This document shows positions 63,206 through 64,000 of a stretch of 64,000 nt of DNA, piece after piece. The stretch spans positions 2,322 to 66,321 of the forward strand of contig CBIHOK010000002.1 of NCBI GenBank assembly GCA_966211575.1, in the 5' to 3' direction. The notes beneath the pieces are model-generated. The model ran no database searches. It saw only the letters and a program-made list of their open reading frames with translations, and was not told the DNA's origin. The position numbers and the translations under genes are program-made. How positions within the stretch are numbered: the first letter of the stretch is position 1; every line of letters begins with the position of its first letter. The DNA comes from an uncultured Noviherbaspirillum sp. (lineage in GTDB: Bacteria; Pseudomonadota; Gammaproteobacteria; Burkholderiales; Burkholderiaceae_D).

Positions 63206-63973
63206 ATGAATACGACAAATCCGACTACCACTCCCGGCGCACAAGCCAACGGCACCCACCAGGGCAAGATCCTGGTGGTGGACGACGATCTGCGCTTGCG
63301 CGACCTGCTGCGGCGCTACCTGGCGGAGCAGGGATTTCACGTGGTCACCGCGGAAAATGCGCAGGGCATGAACAAGCTCTGGATCCGCGAGCGCTATGAC
63401 TTGCTGGTGCTCGACCTGATGCTGCCGGGCGAGGATGGCCTGTCCATCTGCCGGCGCCTGCGCGGCGCAGGCGACCAGACGCCGATCATCATGCTCACCG
63501 CGAAAGGCGAGGATGTCGACCGCATCGTCGGCCTCGAGATGGGCGCCGACGACTATCTGCCGAAGCCCTTCAATCCGCGCGAACTGGTGGCACGCATCAA
63601 TGCGGTATTGCGGCGCAAGGGACCGGACGAGATTCCGGGCGCACCTTCCGAAACCCCGCAGACCTTCAGCTTCGGCGATTTCATTCTCGATCTCGGCACC
63701 CGCACCTTGAAGCGCAATGGTGAAAGCATTTCGCTGACGACCGGCGAATTCTCGGTGCTGAAGGTATTTGCGCGCCATGCGCGCCAGCCGCTGTCGCGCG
63801 AAAAACTGATGGAGCTGGCGCGCGGCCGCGAATATGAAGTATTCGATCGCAGCCTCGACGTGCAGATTTCCCGCCTGCGCAAGCTGATCGAACCCGATCC
63901 TTCCAATCCGCTGTTCATCCAGACCGTGTGGGGACTGGGTTACGTGTTCATCCCGGAAGGCCAGCCGCGCTGA
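63206..63973 (+). CDS. ompR: OmpR-family response regulator (OmpR/RisA/AmgR-like)
   Basis: KILVVDDDLRLRDLL, LDLMLPGEDG, MLTAKG, GADDYLPKPF, DRSLDVQISRLR, QTVWGLGYVF. Confidence 0.93.
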   Translation: MNTTNPTTTPGAQANGTHQGKILVVDDDLRLRDLLRRYLAEQGFHVVTAENAQGMNKLWIRERYDLLVLDLMLPGEDGLSICRRLRGAGDQTPIIMLTAKGEDVDRIVGLEMGADDYLPKPFNPRELVARINAVLRRKGPDEIPGAPSETPQTFSFGDFILDLGTRTLKRNGESISLTTGEFSVLKVFARHARQPLSREKLMELARGREYEVFDRSLDVQISRLRKLIEPDPSNPLFIQTVWGLGYVFIPEGQPR

Positions 63974-64000
63974 CAGCGTTCACCTCCGGCTGCACGCATC

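Noticed and set aside
63974-64000. Start of the cognate sensor kinase gene (envZ-like)
   Set aside because: Expected from context, but 27 nt is too little to support a call.

Overview
GC-rich core-chromosome segment of a betaproteobacterium. Gene order and protein style point to Burkholderiales, probably Oxalobacteraceae (inference). Left to right: truncated MFS transporter, purT, membrane-anchored penicillin-acylase-family gene, nadB facing nadC-nadA, a conserved hypothetical, ybiT, a minus-strand guaB-guaA-queE-queD-tadA-ldcA run, DUF4124-like gene, ratB-ratA divergent from smpB, ppsA divergent from ppsR, a small membrane hypothetical, the rpsB-tsf-pyrH-frr-uppS-cdsA-dxr-rseP-bamA-skp-lpxD-fabZ-lpxA-lpxB-rnhB-TrmH-family superoperon, map-glnD-pseudouridine synthase, smc-[inserted small ORF]-zipA-ligA-galU-def, dapC-dapD-pilU-like-yffB-dapE-prmB-yheS-CoA transferase-GNAT-DUF2520, a small secreted protein and ompR. 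I found no tRNA, rRNA, CRISPR array, integrase, transposase or prophage, and cannot support a large new multi-gene system. The best leads are small: a dapE with its first zinc ligand replaced within a cluster of suspicious substitutions (possibly a sequencing error); a small gene inserted antisense into smc-zipA with stop codons abutting; a candidate sRNA or long 3' UTR between smpB and ppsA; a triple 11-bp direct repeat before an uncharacterised membrane protein; and a probably leaderless, autoregulated ompR divergent from a small secreted protein. Starts were corrected by hand where the ORF track overextends.
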